The notes under the pieces: generated by a model
What the model was told of the DNA's origin: nothing
The model's database searches: none
What the model saw: the letters and a program-made list of their open reading frames with translations, nothing else
Assembly (NCBI GenBank): GCA_002269645.1
Contig: NIVC01000797.1
Location: 372,001 to 436,000 of the forward strand
Origin: Macrostomum lignano
Lineage: Eukaryota
Reading direction: 5' to 3'
DNA length: 64,000 nucleotides
Shown: piece by piece, positions 11,548 through 24,246 of the stretch
Layout: the number at the start of each line of letters is the position of its first letter
How positions within the stretch are numbered: position 1 is the stretch's first letter
Translations under genes and position numbers: made by a program

Positions 11548-12167
11548 GGTTGACGGTCATTTCGTCTGCCGCCTTTTCGTCTGCCAATATTCGATATAGT
11601 CGTTTCGTCTGCCAATATATACAATATATAAATCGGAATAACTAATTATGTCATCAAGCTTCGCATGGAAGAGTAATGTAAATGTCTTATTAATTATAAT
11701 TTATTATAATGCTAGGATTTTTCTGAAAGTTCCGGAGCTAATATGTTGCATATGAATACACAAAGCCAGAAGCAAATATCTCCAACCATTTGGAGAATTG
11801 CATGTCCGATGCTGCCATTTGTTGCACAAAGTCGCACAGTAGCGCATGTTGTCTGGGTCGTACAGTCTGTTTACAAATTACGCATGCGTCCATGGTGAAA
11901 AATTATCAATAACTCAGAAAATAACTTCGCATTGATGCGTCGAAAGTATTATATAGGTTAGTTAGGTTTCGTAGAAAATGAAGAAAAAGAAAATGTATCA
12001 ATATAAATAAGAAAACATACTTAAAACTTGCTTATACTAATTTATTTTAATTCCCTACATAAAAAATACTAAATAAGTGAACCAAAATAAACATAAATAA
12101 AAAAGTCGTTTCGTCTGCTAAAATTCTTTGGCAGACGAAAAGGCGGCAGACGAAATGACCGCAGACC
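11548..12167. mobile_element. Mutator-like MITE, 40-bp TIRs, 8-bp TSD TCTATATA
   Basis: GGTTGACGGTCATTTCGTCTGCCGCCTTTTCGTCTGCCAA versus the reverse-complemented right end GGTCTGCGGTCATTTCGTCTGCCGCCTTTTCGTCTGCCAA. TCTATATA at 11540-11547 and 12168-12175. Internal GTCGTTTCGTCTGC subrepeats. Confidence 0.88.
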
Positions 12168-14924
12168 TCTATATAGATATAGGAATAGAAATAGGCCTAT
12201 AAGAAATCATTTGAAAGTTTTTTTATTGAAAATTACTTATGACTTGTTATATGTCATATAAATTATATGCTGTTAAACTGATTTTGAAGTCTTAAACCAA
12301 GACTAACTTGGAGTTCTTAGGCCTATAAAATATAATGAAGTTTTTTTTATATTTATTATCTTATGCTCATTGACATTTGTTATTAGGCTATCCTAAAAAG
12401 CCTAAGCTGATAGAATGATAGGCGGATAGGCCTAGCTTAGGCCCAAGCCTATAGGCCTATGCTACACCGTTTAGGCTATACTATACTATGCCTATAGCCT
12501 TTTGTTATAGAACTTTTGTTGGCTATATTTTAATCAAGAACCATCTGGCCATTTTTTTTAAAATTAGACTTAGCTTTAGTTAGGCCTAAAATAATTGTAT
12601 TTTTTTGGCAGTCATGCATAACTTTTAAGAAAAAATACAAAATGGCAGTGGGTCAAATATTCAAAAAATTTAATGCTTGCAATAGGCACTCTGTTTCTAA
12701 ATTTAATTGTTTAGTTCTACCATTTAGGCCTTTTTTTGACCAATATACAATATAGTATAGAATATATATTCATTATAAAGCTAAGGAGTTTTATGGCCCT
12801 TTGCATGATGCCGGATGATGGGCTTATAATTTAAAGGATTGATTGAATTTTATTATTGTTTGCCAACCATACTCTGGATCATATAGTATATGCCCAAAAA
12901 TTTAGGCACGCATTGGCCTTGTATGCCAAAAGTTGGCATGTGTAGTTAGCATGCAAGACTCCTAAGAAAATAGTATACATACACATCTAGTATGCTAGAT
13001 ACACATCTAGCATACACATCTAGTATTTTATAGAATCATGTGGAAGAGTTAGTGTTAAGTAGAAAAAATCATTTCAAAAAGTTCATTTTAAACATAAATT
13101 TCAAGCTTTCTAGTTTTTTAAGCTTGTAACAGTATTTAAACAAATGTTTGTATACATTTATTTTCTACTAAACATAGTATAGACAAGAAAGATAAAAAAG
13201 TGACCAAATGATTTGCCAAAATGATTCTTTATACAATATAAAAAGGTCATTTATTGTCATAATGCAAAAAGATAATTTATTATCATAACATTGGCATCAT
13301 ACATGCCCAACACCTGTCCAAACCAAATGGGTGAAGTGGCCACTGGCCAAGGTAAGTCGCAAAATTGAAAATGCAAAAAACAAAAAAATAAGAGAAGAAA
13401 GAAAGGAGAGGAAGAGAAAAGGAAAAGAAAGGAAAGAGAAAGAAGAAAAGAAAAAAAGAAAAATGCAAGAAAAGTTATATACAAAGTGAGAATTAAGTTG
13501 CAATTAGGAAAACTAGATTGCAATCGTGGGAACTAAGTTGCAATTGGGAGAAACTAAGTCACAATTGGGAGGAACTAAATCGCAAATCTAGACAAAACTA
13601 AGTTGTACCGAATGGATAAAATTTTGAGATTGGGCATATATGACTAGTATAGATTTGAGTGTAGGTGTGCATTAAATTTTTTTGGCATGATTTGTAACTA
13701 TTTTAATTTTTGTTTGAACATATACCAAGCATGATTCAAACTATGGTTTGCCAACTAGTCTGATTGATAATTGATAAAAAGAAGGAAAGGGTTAAAAGGG
13801 GGATATATAATATATATGATGTGATATATGATATATGAAATAAATAAAAAAACCCTTTTTTATCAACCTGTAAAATGCTTTGATCTTATAATATTTTACA
13901 ATTTAGAAAGGATAGCATAGTTGCAAAACTTGCTAATGGGGGCAGTAGTTAATGGGCCTAATTATAACTCATTCATTATTTCCAAATTGATATATAAAAT
14001 ATTTGAAAAACAATTTTTGGAATGCTTTTAATGCTTGAATATTGAATTTGAATGGCCACCATAGGGGGCTTTTGTATGCCTCTATGAAAGTTCCAATGAT
14101 AAAAAATTCAATTTTTTAAGTGGATCAAATATTGAAAAAAACATTGTTTTTTAATACGTTCAATGTTTTTATATTTGAACTTTGAAGTTTGAACTCTGAG
14201 TCTGAATGCCTACTATGGAGGCTTGTTAGTGTGTTTCTACAATTTTAAATAATAAAGTTTGATTTTGAAATGTGCCAAATATTAAATTTTGAATTTTGAA
14301 TTCAAATGCCCCTATGGAGGGCTTAATATGCTAGAATATAAAGCTAGCTTGAAATTCAATATGCCTTTTTTATTAACCCTCTAACCTACTCTGATCTTGT
14401 TTGTATTATTTTACAACATGAGAGATTGGTGAAGTTGCAGATAGAGGCAATAGCTAATGGGCCCAATTAATTAATAAGACATAACATTTATACCAATTGG
14501 AAATAGGTCAAATATATGCTTTCAATGTTTTTAATTTAGATTTTTAATGCCTTTGATTTTGATTTTGAATGAGTAAGATAGAGATGTTGGTATGTGCATT
14601 TGATTTTTTAAACTTTTTTACTGATGTTGGCTGGCATTCTGGTTTATAGTTTGGCATCTATAGGGCACCCAGTTTTATACAGAATATACAGGTATAGATA
14701 TGGTTACAGAAATGCATATTTCCCATATCTAATATAGCTAGAGATATAGATATGGGAAAATTTGGTTATATCTAAACTCTGTAAAAACAATCCACTTCAG
14801 AGTCCAGCAAGCATAACAATTGCCTTCAGCTCGCTTGCTTTCAACAGTATCAGAGGCTCTGCTTTTTATCCAATATAATTAGTAGAAGTGTTGCTCAACA
14901 AGAGGCTAAGCTTGTCTTTAATAG

Positions 14925-15251
14925 ATGCTGAAACTGCCCAACAGTGGTAGCAGCGGTGGAGACTGCGGCACCTCTAAAATAGTGGATGACAAAGTCAGCT
15001 GTCAGCTGCGCCTGCTGCCTCCTCAGCCAGTGACGGCGGCAGAGCAGCATTCGCCAATCAAATCTGAGGCCCTGGCCGCACCACCTTCAGCTATTCAGTC
15101 AGCTCCGTCCTATGCCACCTGCAAGGTGTGCGGAGACAAAGCCAGCGGCTATCACTACGGCGTTGTGTCTTGCGAAGGCTGCAAAGGATTCTTTCGCAGG
15201 AGTATACAGAAACAGATTCAGTATAGGTGTCTGCGAGATGGAGCTTGCCAG
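14925..15251 (+). CDS. E78: Nuclear receptor E78 (NR1E), coding exon 1 of 4 (first zinc finger, P-box)
   Basis: [44 protein letters not shown] matches the Eip78C-type DBD; donor CAG|GTTAGT, phase 0. Confidence 0.92.
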
Positions 15252-15282
15252 GTTAGTTGTTTTAGAGGACTGGAGACACATA

Positions 15283-15729
15283 CTAGAATAACTAGATGAG
15301 GCAGTCATCAAATTTGCGTGCAAGCTACTTTCAGTTAAGTAGTAAGTCAAACAGAAGCATTTTAATGCATTTTTAAAAGCCATTTAAACTCATTTATTGG
15401 CTCTTACCCCCCCCCCCAGCTTAAACCCTCCAATCGCGCCTTTCCACTCTACCCCCACCCCTCCGCCCGCCACAATTTTTATTGCCTTTCTCGGAATTCC
15501 AGCCTAAAGCGGCCATGTACATTTCAGTGGACTGGCCAATGTACATTGTGACTGAACCAATTAGCAAGTTGTTTACGCCTGCAAGCTTGGGCTTCTAAAC
15601 TTATCAAAGTGATTTCAGCTGCCTTTATTTTTATAAAATAGCTTATGTATTCTTCTTTGCTACTGAACTGAAAGTAGAAAGCTGTTTCACTAAGTATATA
15701 TGCCTGAGTGGGCCATCTAGTTATTTTAG
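15283..15729. mobile_element. About 445-bp MITE-like element in E78 intron 1
   Basis: Imperfect long inverted ends (CTAGAATAACTAGATG..CATCTAGTTATTTTAG; AGCTACTTTCAGTT..AACTGAAAGTAG); a direct copy lies at 20946-21387. Confidence 0.8.
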
Positions 15730-16074
15730 AATCTGAGCTAAATCTAACCAACGATCCAATGTTTATGTAGCTTTCTAAGGATCTCCACCGTTCAATGGTT
15801 TTATTAAATCTTGATGATCTCGCTTACACAGGATGTCTCTCTCGTACACTCTCTGTGCCTTTGGGGTTGGCCTACGTGGTTGTGACGTAGGAAAAGCAGG
15901 AAAATCGCAGTGGGGGGGGCAATTTTTTCTTCCACACCAATATGCCCAATATGAATATGTCTGAGTACAGAATCCAATAACTAATTCGAACCTAGGATGT
16001 GGCGTTAGTGTCAGACCTCTACACTACATAAAGCATATCTAATATCGTGTTTATAATGCCTAACTATCTATAAG

Positions 16075-16548
16075 GTGGCCCGGATAAATCGCAACCGGTG
16101 TCAGCACTGCCGATTTCGAAAATGCCTCGCCGCCGGCATGTCGAAGGACTCCGTACGCTACGGTCGGGCTTCGTCTAGCACCGCCGTCACTGCCGCTGCC
16201 GCCGCCGCCGCTGCTGCTGCAGTTGCTGTTGCAGTTCCTGTTGCATCGTCTGCTTCTACGCCGACTGCCGTAGCCTCAATCGGAGCCAGTGCCGTGGCTG
16301 CTCCCGCTGCTACGGCGTCGTCTTCAGCGACTTCGCCGTCTCCGACGACGCCGAGCGGCGGTTCAGCATCGGCGTCGACTTCGTCAGCTATGGAGAAGCT
16401 CGACTGCAGCTTCTGGGGCGACGGCCAGATGCAGCAGCAACTGGACCAGCTGGCTGCGACTGTTCATCAAGCATTCGGCTCCGCTAGCGGCTACAGCCAC
16501 TGCCGCGCTGGGGGCCTGATGGTGGGCCAGGCCCGCCACGCCACTCTG
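16075..16548 (+). CDS. E78: E78 coding exon 2 (second zinc finger, Ala/Ser-rich hinge)
   Basis: Acceptor TAAG|GTG; [31 protein letters not shown]; donor CTG|GTGAGC, phase 0. Confidence 0.92.
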
Positions 16549-16555
16549 GTGAGCC

Positions 16556-16641
16556 TTTGTCTGTCTGTCTGCCTGTCTGCCTGTCTGTGTGTCTGTCTGT
16601 CTGTCTGCCTGTCTGCCTGTCTGTCTGTCTGCCTGTCTGCC

Positions 16642-16682
<41 letters not shown>

Positions 16683-16753
16683 GCCTGTCTGTCTGTCTGT
16701 CTGTCTGTCTGTCTGCCTGTCTGCCTGTCTGTGTGTCTGTCTGTCTGTCTGCC

Positions 16754-16786
<33 letters not shown>

Positions 16787-16945
16787 GCCTGTCTGTCTGT
16801 CTGTCTGCCTGTCTGTGTGTCTGTCTGTCTGTCTGCCTGTCTGTGTGTCTGTCTGTCTGTCTGTCTGCGTGTCTGTCTGCCTGTCTGTCTGTCTGTCTGT
16901 CTGTCTGTGTGTCTGTCTGTCTGTCTGCCTGTCTGTGTGTCTGTG

Positions 16946-17000
<55 letters not shown>

Positions 17001-17001
17001 G

Positions 17002-17032
<31 letters not shown>

Positions 17033-17101
17033 GTGTCTGTCTGTCTGTCTGTGTGTCTGTCTGTCTGTCTGTCTGTCTGTGTGTCTGTCTGTCTGTCTGT
17101 G

Positions 17102-17158
<57 letters not shown>

Positions 17159-17220
17159 CTCTGTCTGTCTGTCTGTCCGTCTCTCTGTCTGTCCGTCTGC
17201 ATGTCCATCAGTCTATCTAT
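16556..17220. repeat. (CTGT)n microsatellite with CTGC/GTGT variants, E78 intron 2
   Basis: Direct inspection. Confidence 0.97.
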
Positions 17221-17879
17221 CTGATTTTTCACTGTGCTAAAACCCTGAGTGTGTCCAATCTTTTGTAAAAATTGTCGATCCGTTCTATTTCATATTTTTT
17301 TGTTGAAACGAAATTGTGGTGAATTTCAAACACTGAATAATTTCGTCATCACCAGCTGGTACTTGTTTCGAAAATCGGCAGTTCGGTTCTCCTCAATAGT
17401 TCGGTAGCAAAATAAGCTTCAGTCAGCGATTCGCGGTACTCGGCTGGCGGCTGGCCACTTTGAAGATCAAAGAGAGTGAGAGAGGAAGAGAGAGAGAGAC
17501 ATAGGGGTCAATGCAATAAAAGTTATGTTTGGTAGGCTTGTAGGTGGGGTTTGAATTAGATTATGCACCTACCCAGTGCGCTCTTGGCAATTGGCCAGCA
17601 GTATTATTAGAAAGTGGCTAGCAACAAGTTTTAGCCTAGCTGCGGTGCATTCGAAAGAGGCCTTTATTGCGGGGATGGGGCGCCAGAGGCTGGAGCTGTG
17701 ATTTATAACCCGTGTATCTATTGGTATCCTGTCCCTTACTGCCGTCACTTGTGTTAGCTTATCTCTACCAACCTAGCGTTTTCTGTTTCTGATATATTGC
17801 TGTTGTCTCGTAATGCAGCAAAAGTTGGTTTTTAATTACACAACAGTTAATGTGGCTACTAAGTTGTAATTTATTCCCA

Positions 17880-18140
17880 TGCTAAAATCATAGTTATTAG
17901 TAGTGGTAGTACTTATCTTAAAGTGTATAACGCAACATATCGGCAATAAAAGTCATAGCTACTAGTGGTTGTCATCTGCAAAGTGTATTACGCGGCTTTA
18001 CGCCACATATCGGAATTAAAATTCATAGTTACTAGTGGTGGTTATCTGGAAAGTGTTTTACGCAACATATCGGTGCTAATGTCATACCTATTAGTAGTGA
18101 TATACCTACAAATTATAGAACGCTACATATCGTCAGTAAT
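17880..18140. repeat. Old degenerate tandem repeat, 60-70 bp x4
   Basis: Recurring TCATAG(T/C)TA(C/T)TAGT..AAAGTGT..ACGC(A/C)ACATATCG. Confidence 0.7.
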
Positions 18141-18213
18141 GTAAGTCAATCCTGAGCTGCACTATTCCGCCATTCATGATTATTACGCCTATTATTTCCA
18201 TTCGCTCACCCAG

Positions 18214-18637
18214 GTGCCGGAGGGCCGCGGCCTGAGACCGGACGCCCTAGACGAGCACCGGTTGTGCATGCACCAATCGCTGGCTCACCTGTTGCTGCCC
18301 TGCATCGAGCAGACTGTCGATTTTGCCAAACGCGTGCCCGGCTTTGCCAAATTCACCCAGGACGATCAGCTGACGCTCATCAAGTCGGCATTTTTTGAAC
18401 TATGGCTGCTACAGGTGTCGCCGCATCAGATTGCGGCCGTGGATCAGCGCCACCTGCAGGGCATAGTCAGCAAGATTCTGTTTCCAAGCGGGCAGCTTGT
18501 CATTCAACAGGAGTTGGATTTTGTCTGGTCGCCGCCGCTTGTTGCTAAAATTGCTGAATTGATGCAAATTTTGAGCAGTCTGCAACTAACCGAGTGTCAA
18601 CTGGCCCTGCTCTGCTCTGTTGTGCTCACTAGGCCTG
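18214..18637 (+). CDS. E78: E78 coding exon 3 (ligand-binding domain core)
   Basis: Acceptor CCAG|GTG; VDFAKRVPGFAKFTQDDQLTLIKSAFFELW is the NR1 LBD signature; donor CCTG|GTGAGT, phase 1. Confidence 0.92.
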
Positions 18638-18721
18638 GTGAGTCCGCTTCTTCTTTTATCTTTAATAGCTCAACAAGTTTTGCCATGCAGTTGGTCTAAC
18701 TAAAACCCGACCTCATCAAGC

Positions 18722-19090
18722 TCACCCATCCCACCTCCGGTCCACCCATCACACCTCCGGTTCACCCACCCCACCTCCGGTCCACCCATCACACCGGTTC
18801 ACCCACCCACCTTCGGTCCACCTACCCCACCTCCGGTTCACCCACCCCACCTCCAGTTCACCCACCCCAACTCCGGTTCACCCACCCCACCTCCAGTTCA
18901 CCCACCCCACCTCCAGTTCACCCACCCCACCGTTTTATCCACCCACCTCCAGTTCACCCACCCCGCTTCCAGTTCACCAACCCTACCTCCAGCTCACCCA
19001 CCTCACCTCCAGCTCACCCACCCCGCCTCCAGCTCACCCACCCCGCCTCCAGCTCACCCACCCCACCTCCAGCTCACCCACCCCACCCCG
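18722..19090. repeat. 20-bp minisatellite (CACCCACCCCACCTCCAGTT), E78 intron 3
   Basis: Direct inspection; runs up to the acceptor. Confidence 0.92.
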
Positions 19091-19093
19091 CAG

Positions 19094-19386
19094 ACCGAGC
19101 CGGCCTGTCCAACCCAGACGACGTGTCAGCCAATCACAGTCGCCTTCTAGCGGCGCTGCATCAGCAGCTGGACATTTCGAAAGCCTCAACACCAGCCGAA
19201 TCATCGTTGAAGCAGCAACAGCAGCTGACTGCGGGCCTGCAGACGGCTATCCGACAGGCCAGCAGCATAGGCCTATCAATGCAGCACTGCATGCAGTGGT
19301 ACAGGGACAACTGGCATCGAACTTATCTGCCTCCTTTGTACGCTGAAATTTTTGATATCAGAAAAAATTCCGAGCACACCACGTGA
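19094..19386 (+). CDS. E78: E78 coding exon 4 (LBD C-terminus, stop)
   Basis: Acceptor CGCAG|AC restores RPDRAGL; ends QWYRDNWHRTYLPPLYAEIFDI..TGA. Total CDS 1518 nt. Confidence 0.92.
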
Positions 19387-20084
19387 CGACGGACTTGTTC
19401 GCATTGTTCATTATGAAATCTGTAAACATTATCAGGGATTTTTTGATGCGCAAGGCAGCAAAGCATTATCATTTCCCTATATTAGTGTACTATACATACT
19501 ACTGTCTTAGTTTCAATTTTGTTAGTAGTACAAGTTGAATAAAGATAATATGAAGACGGATTTATTGGCGATTACAGGCTCTATATTATATGTGTATTTC
19601 TAAATCATTTATTTATACAATAAAAAAGCACACATTATTGTGGCTTTAATTTTTTTAAAATTATTATCGATTCATTGTGTACACATTATTGTGGATTGTT
19701 AATTCGACACTTATATAGCTTTTATCCTCATTATTGTTTTTTTTTTCAAAAGTTCGCTTACTGCTACACACACAGCATCGTGGATTATTTGAAAGATAAA
19801 GAGAGAGCTAAACAAATTCGAATGGTACTGTCTACTAGTAGTAGTACGTTACGCGTCTTTTTTGCAATTTTCCAGAAAACGCTGAAAATTTTCTACTTAT
19901 TTTATTGGCTTCCGTGTTGCTTGATATCTTAATAAGCACTTAATTTCATTTTGCCTTGCCATTGTTCACATTCGCATGCCTGTCTGCTTACAATTACCTC
20001 TTATTGCAACTCGCATTAAACATACCTTATATCTTTGTCCTGTCCCTAAAACTCCCGCAATACACCTTTCTCGTTCTTCTCCTT

Positions 20085-20252
20085 CCCATATCCCCTTGTT
20101 TTTCCCATATCCCCTTTTGTTCCCATATCCTTTTGTCCATATCCCTTTTCTCCCCATATCCCTTTTCTCCCCATATCCCTTTTCTCCCCATATCCCTTTT
20201 CTCCCCATATCCCTTTTCTCCCCATATCCCTTTTCTCCCCATATCCCCTTTC
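20085..20252. repeat. 17-bp minisatellite (CCCCATATCCCTTTTCT)
   Basis: Period 17, direct inspection. Confidence 0.9.
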
Positions 20253-20945
20253 TGTATCTTGCATTCTCTTCAACTCACTTCTCATTTAATCTTCCCATTT
20301 CCCAATCCGTCTCTGCTCGCTACCTCTGCGCGTTGGACAAAACTCTCAGGGGTGCTCGTGTTATTATCTAATTTATCCTCATTTGGATTTGATCGCACGT
20401 GTTTTTTGGGAATAATTATCCCCATAAATCTATTGTTAGTGCTTGTAACTGTCTGCGCCGCACTCTCTCTACACGGATTTAGCTTTAATATCTATGAATG
20501 CAAAGCAGGAAAACACGAATTTTTTCCCTCATCGATTTTTTCAATCATTAATCTTTTTTGCGCGCTTGTCTGTGTTTTTAAAATTTATGAAGCCGCAACA
20601 AGTTTTTTTATATAACAAATTCGGCACCTCAAGCAAACGTTTTGATCAGGTAAAACAAATTTTTTCCTAGTTCTTTTTTCAAGACTTTTACAAACTGACA
20701 TTAGTGACAATATATATATATATTGTGTGTACAGTGTCGCAATAACTTAATTAACAGTTTTTTGTCATTAAACAGTTTGTTTTAATAAAATAAAATTGTT
20801 ATTTCTCTTATTTTTTTTCAACGGGGTAACCTTCCACTGCGCTACCTCAAAGCTTATTAATAAATTAGTAACGTTTAGTATGCAGGCTTATGCATTACTC
20901 AGGTACGGCATTAGTGCTTGTTTAAGCATGGATCGACCACAGATA

Positions 20946-21387
20946 CTAGAATAACCAGATAGGCTACTCAGCACATTTGCGTGTAAGCTACTTTCAGTTC
21001 AGTAGTCAGTTAAACAGAAGCATTTTAATGTATTTTTAAAGCCAAGGCTCATTTATTGGCTCTTAACCCCCCCCCCCCCGATAGCCTTAACCCTCCAACC
21101 GCGCCTTTCCACACTACCCCCCCCCCCAATTTTTATTGCCTTTCTCGGAATTCCAGCCTAAAGCTGCCATGTACATTTCAGTGGACTGGCCAATGTACAT
21201 TATTGCTGAACCAATTAGCAAGTTGTTTACGCCTGCAAGCTTGGGCTTCTAAACTTATCAAAGTAATTTCAGCTGCCTTTATTTTTATAAAATAGCTATA
21301 GTATTCTTCTTTGCTACTGAACTGAAAGTAGGTAGAAAGCTGTTTTACTGAGTATATATGCCTGAGTGGGCCATCTAGTTATTTTAG
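20946..21387. mobile_element. Second copy of the 445-bp MITE-like element, downstream of E78
   Basis: Colinear high-identity match to 15283-15729; followed by GACAGACAGACAG..TATTATA. Confidence 0.8.
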
Positions 21388-21859
21388 AATCTGTGGGATA
21401 GACAGACAGACAGCAATATGCCACAACAGCTATTATACTTATCAATATTTATAGCAATTTCATTCATGAAATTAATTTTGTCTAAAATTCTGATAAAATT
21501 GCGTTTTGTTAATTTTGTTTTGATTTAACGAGTGCCTCTGCACTAGTCTGTATTTATTGATTTATTAATATTATTGATACTAATTTACTACTGTTGCTCA
21601 CTACTGCCGCTAAGGTCTATTATTAATATTGATTTGTTTTATACCTTCTGTATAATCTGTACACAATTTATTTTTGCTCACTTGGCTGTCAAAATTAATT
21701 TTCTTTTATTTTGCCTTTTTAAAGCTTTGTTAGTGCAACAATATTCTCATTTATCAGTAAGATTCATGACTAATCATAGTTTGATCTTATGACTAATGAT
21801 GAGGCTCATGATCGGTCATAACCAATAGCTTTTTGGTCATTTGGAGTTCGTGATAGGTC

Positions 21860-22970
21860 TTAGATAATCTTATCGGTCAAAGTCGAGTTCTCTATGATCT
21901 TATTGGTCATAGTCGAGTTCTCTATAGGTCATAGTTGATCTTATTGGTCATAGTCGAGTTCTCTATAGGTCATAGTTGATCTTATTGGTCATTGTCGAGT
22001 TCTCTATAGGTCATAGTTGATCTTATTGGTCATTGTCGAGTTCTCTGTAGGTCATCTTGATCTTATTGGTCATTGTCGAGTTCTCTGTAGGTCATAGTTG
22101 ATCTTATTGGTCATTGTCGAGTTCTCTGTAGGTCATAGTTGATCTTATTGGTCATAGTCGCTCTTATTGGTCATAGTCGAGTTCTCTATAGGTCATAGTT
22201 GATCTTATTGGTCATAGTCGAGTTCTCTATAGGTCATAGTTGATCTTATTGGTCATAGTCGAGTTCTCTATAGGTCATAGTTGATCTTATTGGTCATAGT
22301 CGAGTTCTCTATAGGTCATAGTTGATCTTATTGGTCATAGTCGAGTCCTCTATAGGTCATAGTTGATCTTATTGGTCAAAGTCGAGTTCTCTATAGGTCA
22401 TAGTTGATCTTATTGGTCATTGTCGAGTTCTCTATAGGTCATAGTTGATCTTATTGGTCATTGTCGAGTTCTCTATAGGTCATAGTTGATCTTATTGGTC
22501 ATAGTCGAGTTCTCTATAGGTCATAGTTGATCTTATTGGTCATAGTCGAGTTCTCTATAGGTCATAGTTGATCTTATTGGTCAAAGTCGAGTTCTCTATA
22601 GGTCATAGTTGATCTTATTGGTCATAGTCGAGTTCTCTATAGGTCATAGTTGATCTTATTGGTCATAGTCGAGTTCTCTATAGGTCATAGTTGATCTTAT
22701 TGGTCAAAGTCGAGTTCTCTATAGGTCATAGTTGATCTTATTGGTCAAAGTCGAGTTCTCTATAGGTCATAGTTGATCTTATTGGTCATAGTCGAGTTCT
22801 CTATAGGTCATAGTTGATCTTATTGGTCATAGTCGCTCTTATTGGTCATAGTCGAGTTCTCTATAGGTCATAGTTGCTCTTATTGGTCATAGTCGAGTTC
22901 TCTATAGGTCATAGTTGATCTTATTGGTCATAGTCGAGTTCTGTATAGGTCATTGTTAATCTTATCGGTC
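21860..22970. repeat. 41-bp satellite (GGTCATAGTCGAGTTCTCTATAGGTCATAGTTGATCTTATT), about 27 copies
   Basis: Period 41, made of 22- and 19-bp halves that both begin GGTCATAGT. Confidence 0.96.
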
Positions 22971-23476
22971 ATAATAAGATTTTAAATTTATCATTAGGTA
23001 GCTAATCTTATTGCTCCTACCAAGGGTCATGAGTCCAATCGATAATCCAATAAGTAATCTTAATCCAATCTATCAGTCTGTGCATTGTTGGTCCACTGAA
23101 GGCTTTTAAGTAATTGAATTTCTACACTTCCAAATACTGACTACTCTAAGCAATAAATTGTGCGCCTCTTTATTCATTATATAATATAACTCTATTATTG
23201 GCTCCACCATTATAATAATGAAAATTTTGATTTTCACCTGTTTCTGATTTTGCTTGCTCACTGGAGTCAGTAAGTGCTTTTTTCTTAGTTCCAATGTAAA
23301 TCCATCTTACTTGATTGACAGCTTGCGTATGATGCTACTTTGTCAGTTTAACAAAAACAATAAACTCAAATATATCGCCGTACAGCTTGTTTGTCTCCTT
23401 AATTGGCGTATTAAGCATGTGTGCGTTTCTGGTGACATTCTTGATCTTCTTCTCGTGTGCTAAATTAAAATCTTTA

Positions 23477-23930
<454 letters not shown>

Positions 23931-24246
23931 GAATTCTTACTGCAAGTTTCAAAGATAGGAAAAAATTCAAGGAAGATAAAAAACATAGGCGTTTACACTT
24001 GTCGCTATTGACAAATTTCTAAAATTCTGACTCATTCTTTGCCTCTACTCATCGGTTTAGGATTTGTATTTCACCTTACTATTGTAAGGGAATAAGGTGA
24101 GCTTGTAATGCACTTTAGACACGACTCGCCTTTTCATTTGCATTGGTTTTGAGGGCATACACGTAGCTGATGTCCAGAAGAAGCTGGGGCACAAGGGTAC
24201 ATACGGCAAGCCTGCTCAAGATAGGCTTGAAGATTTCTACAAAGGA

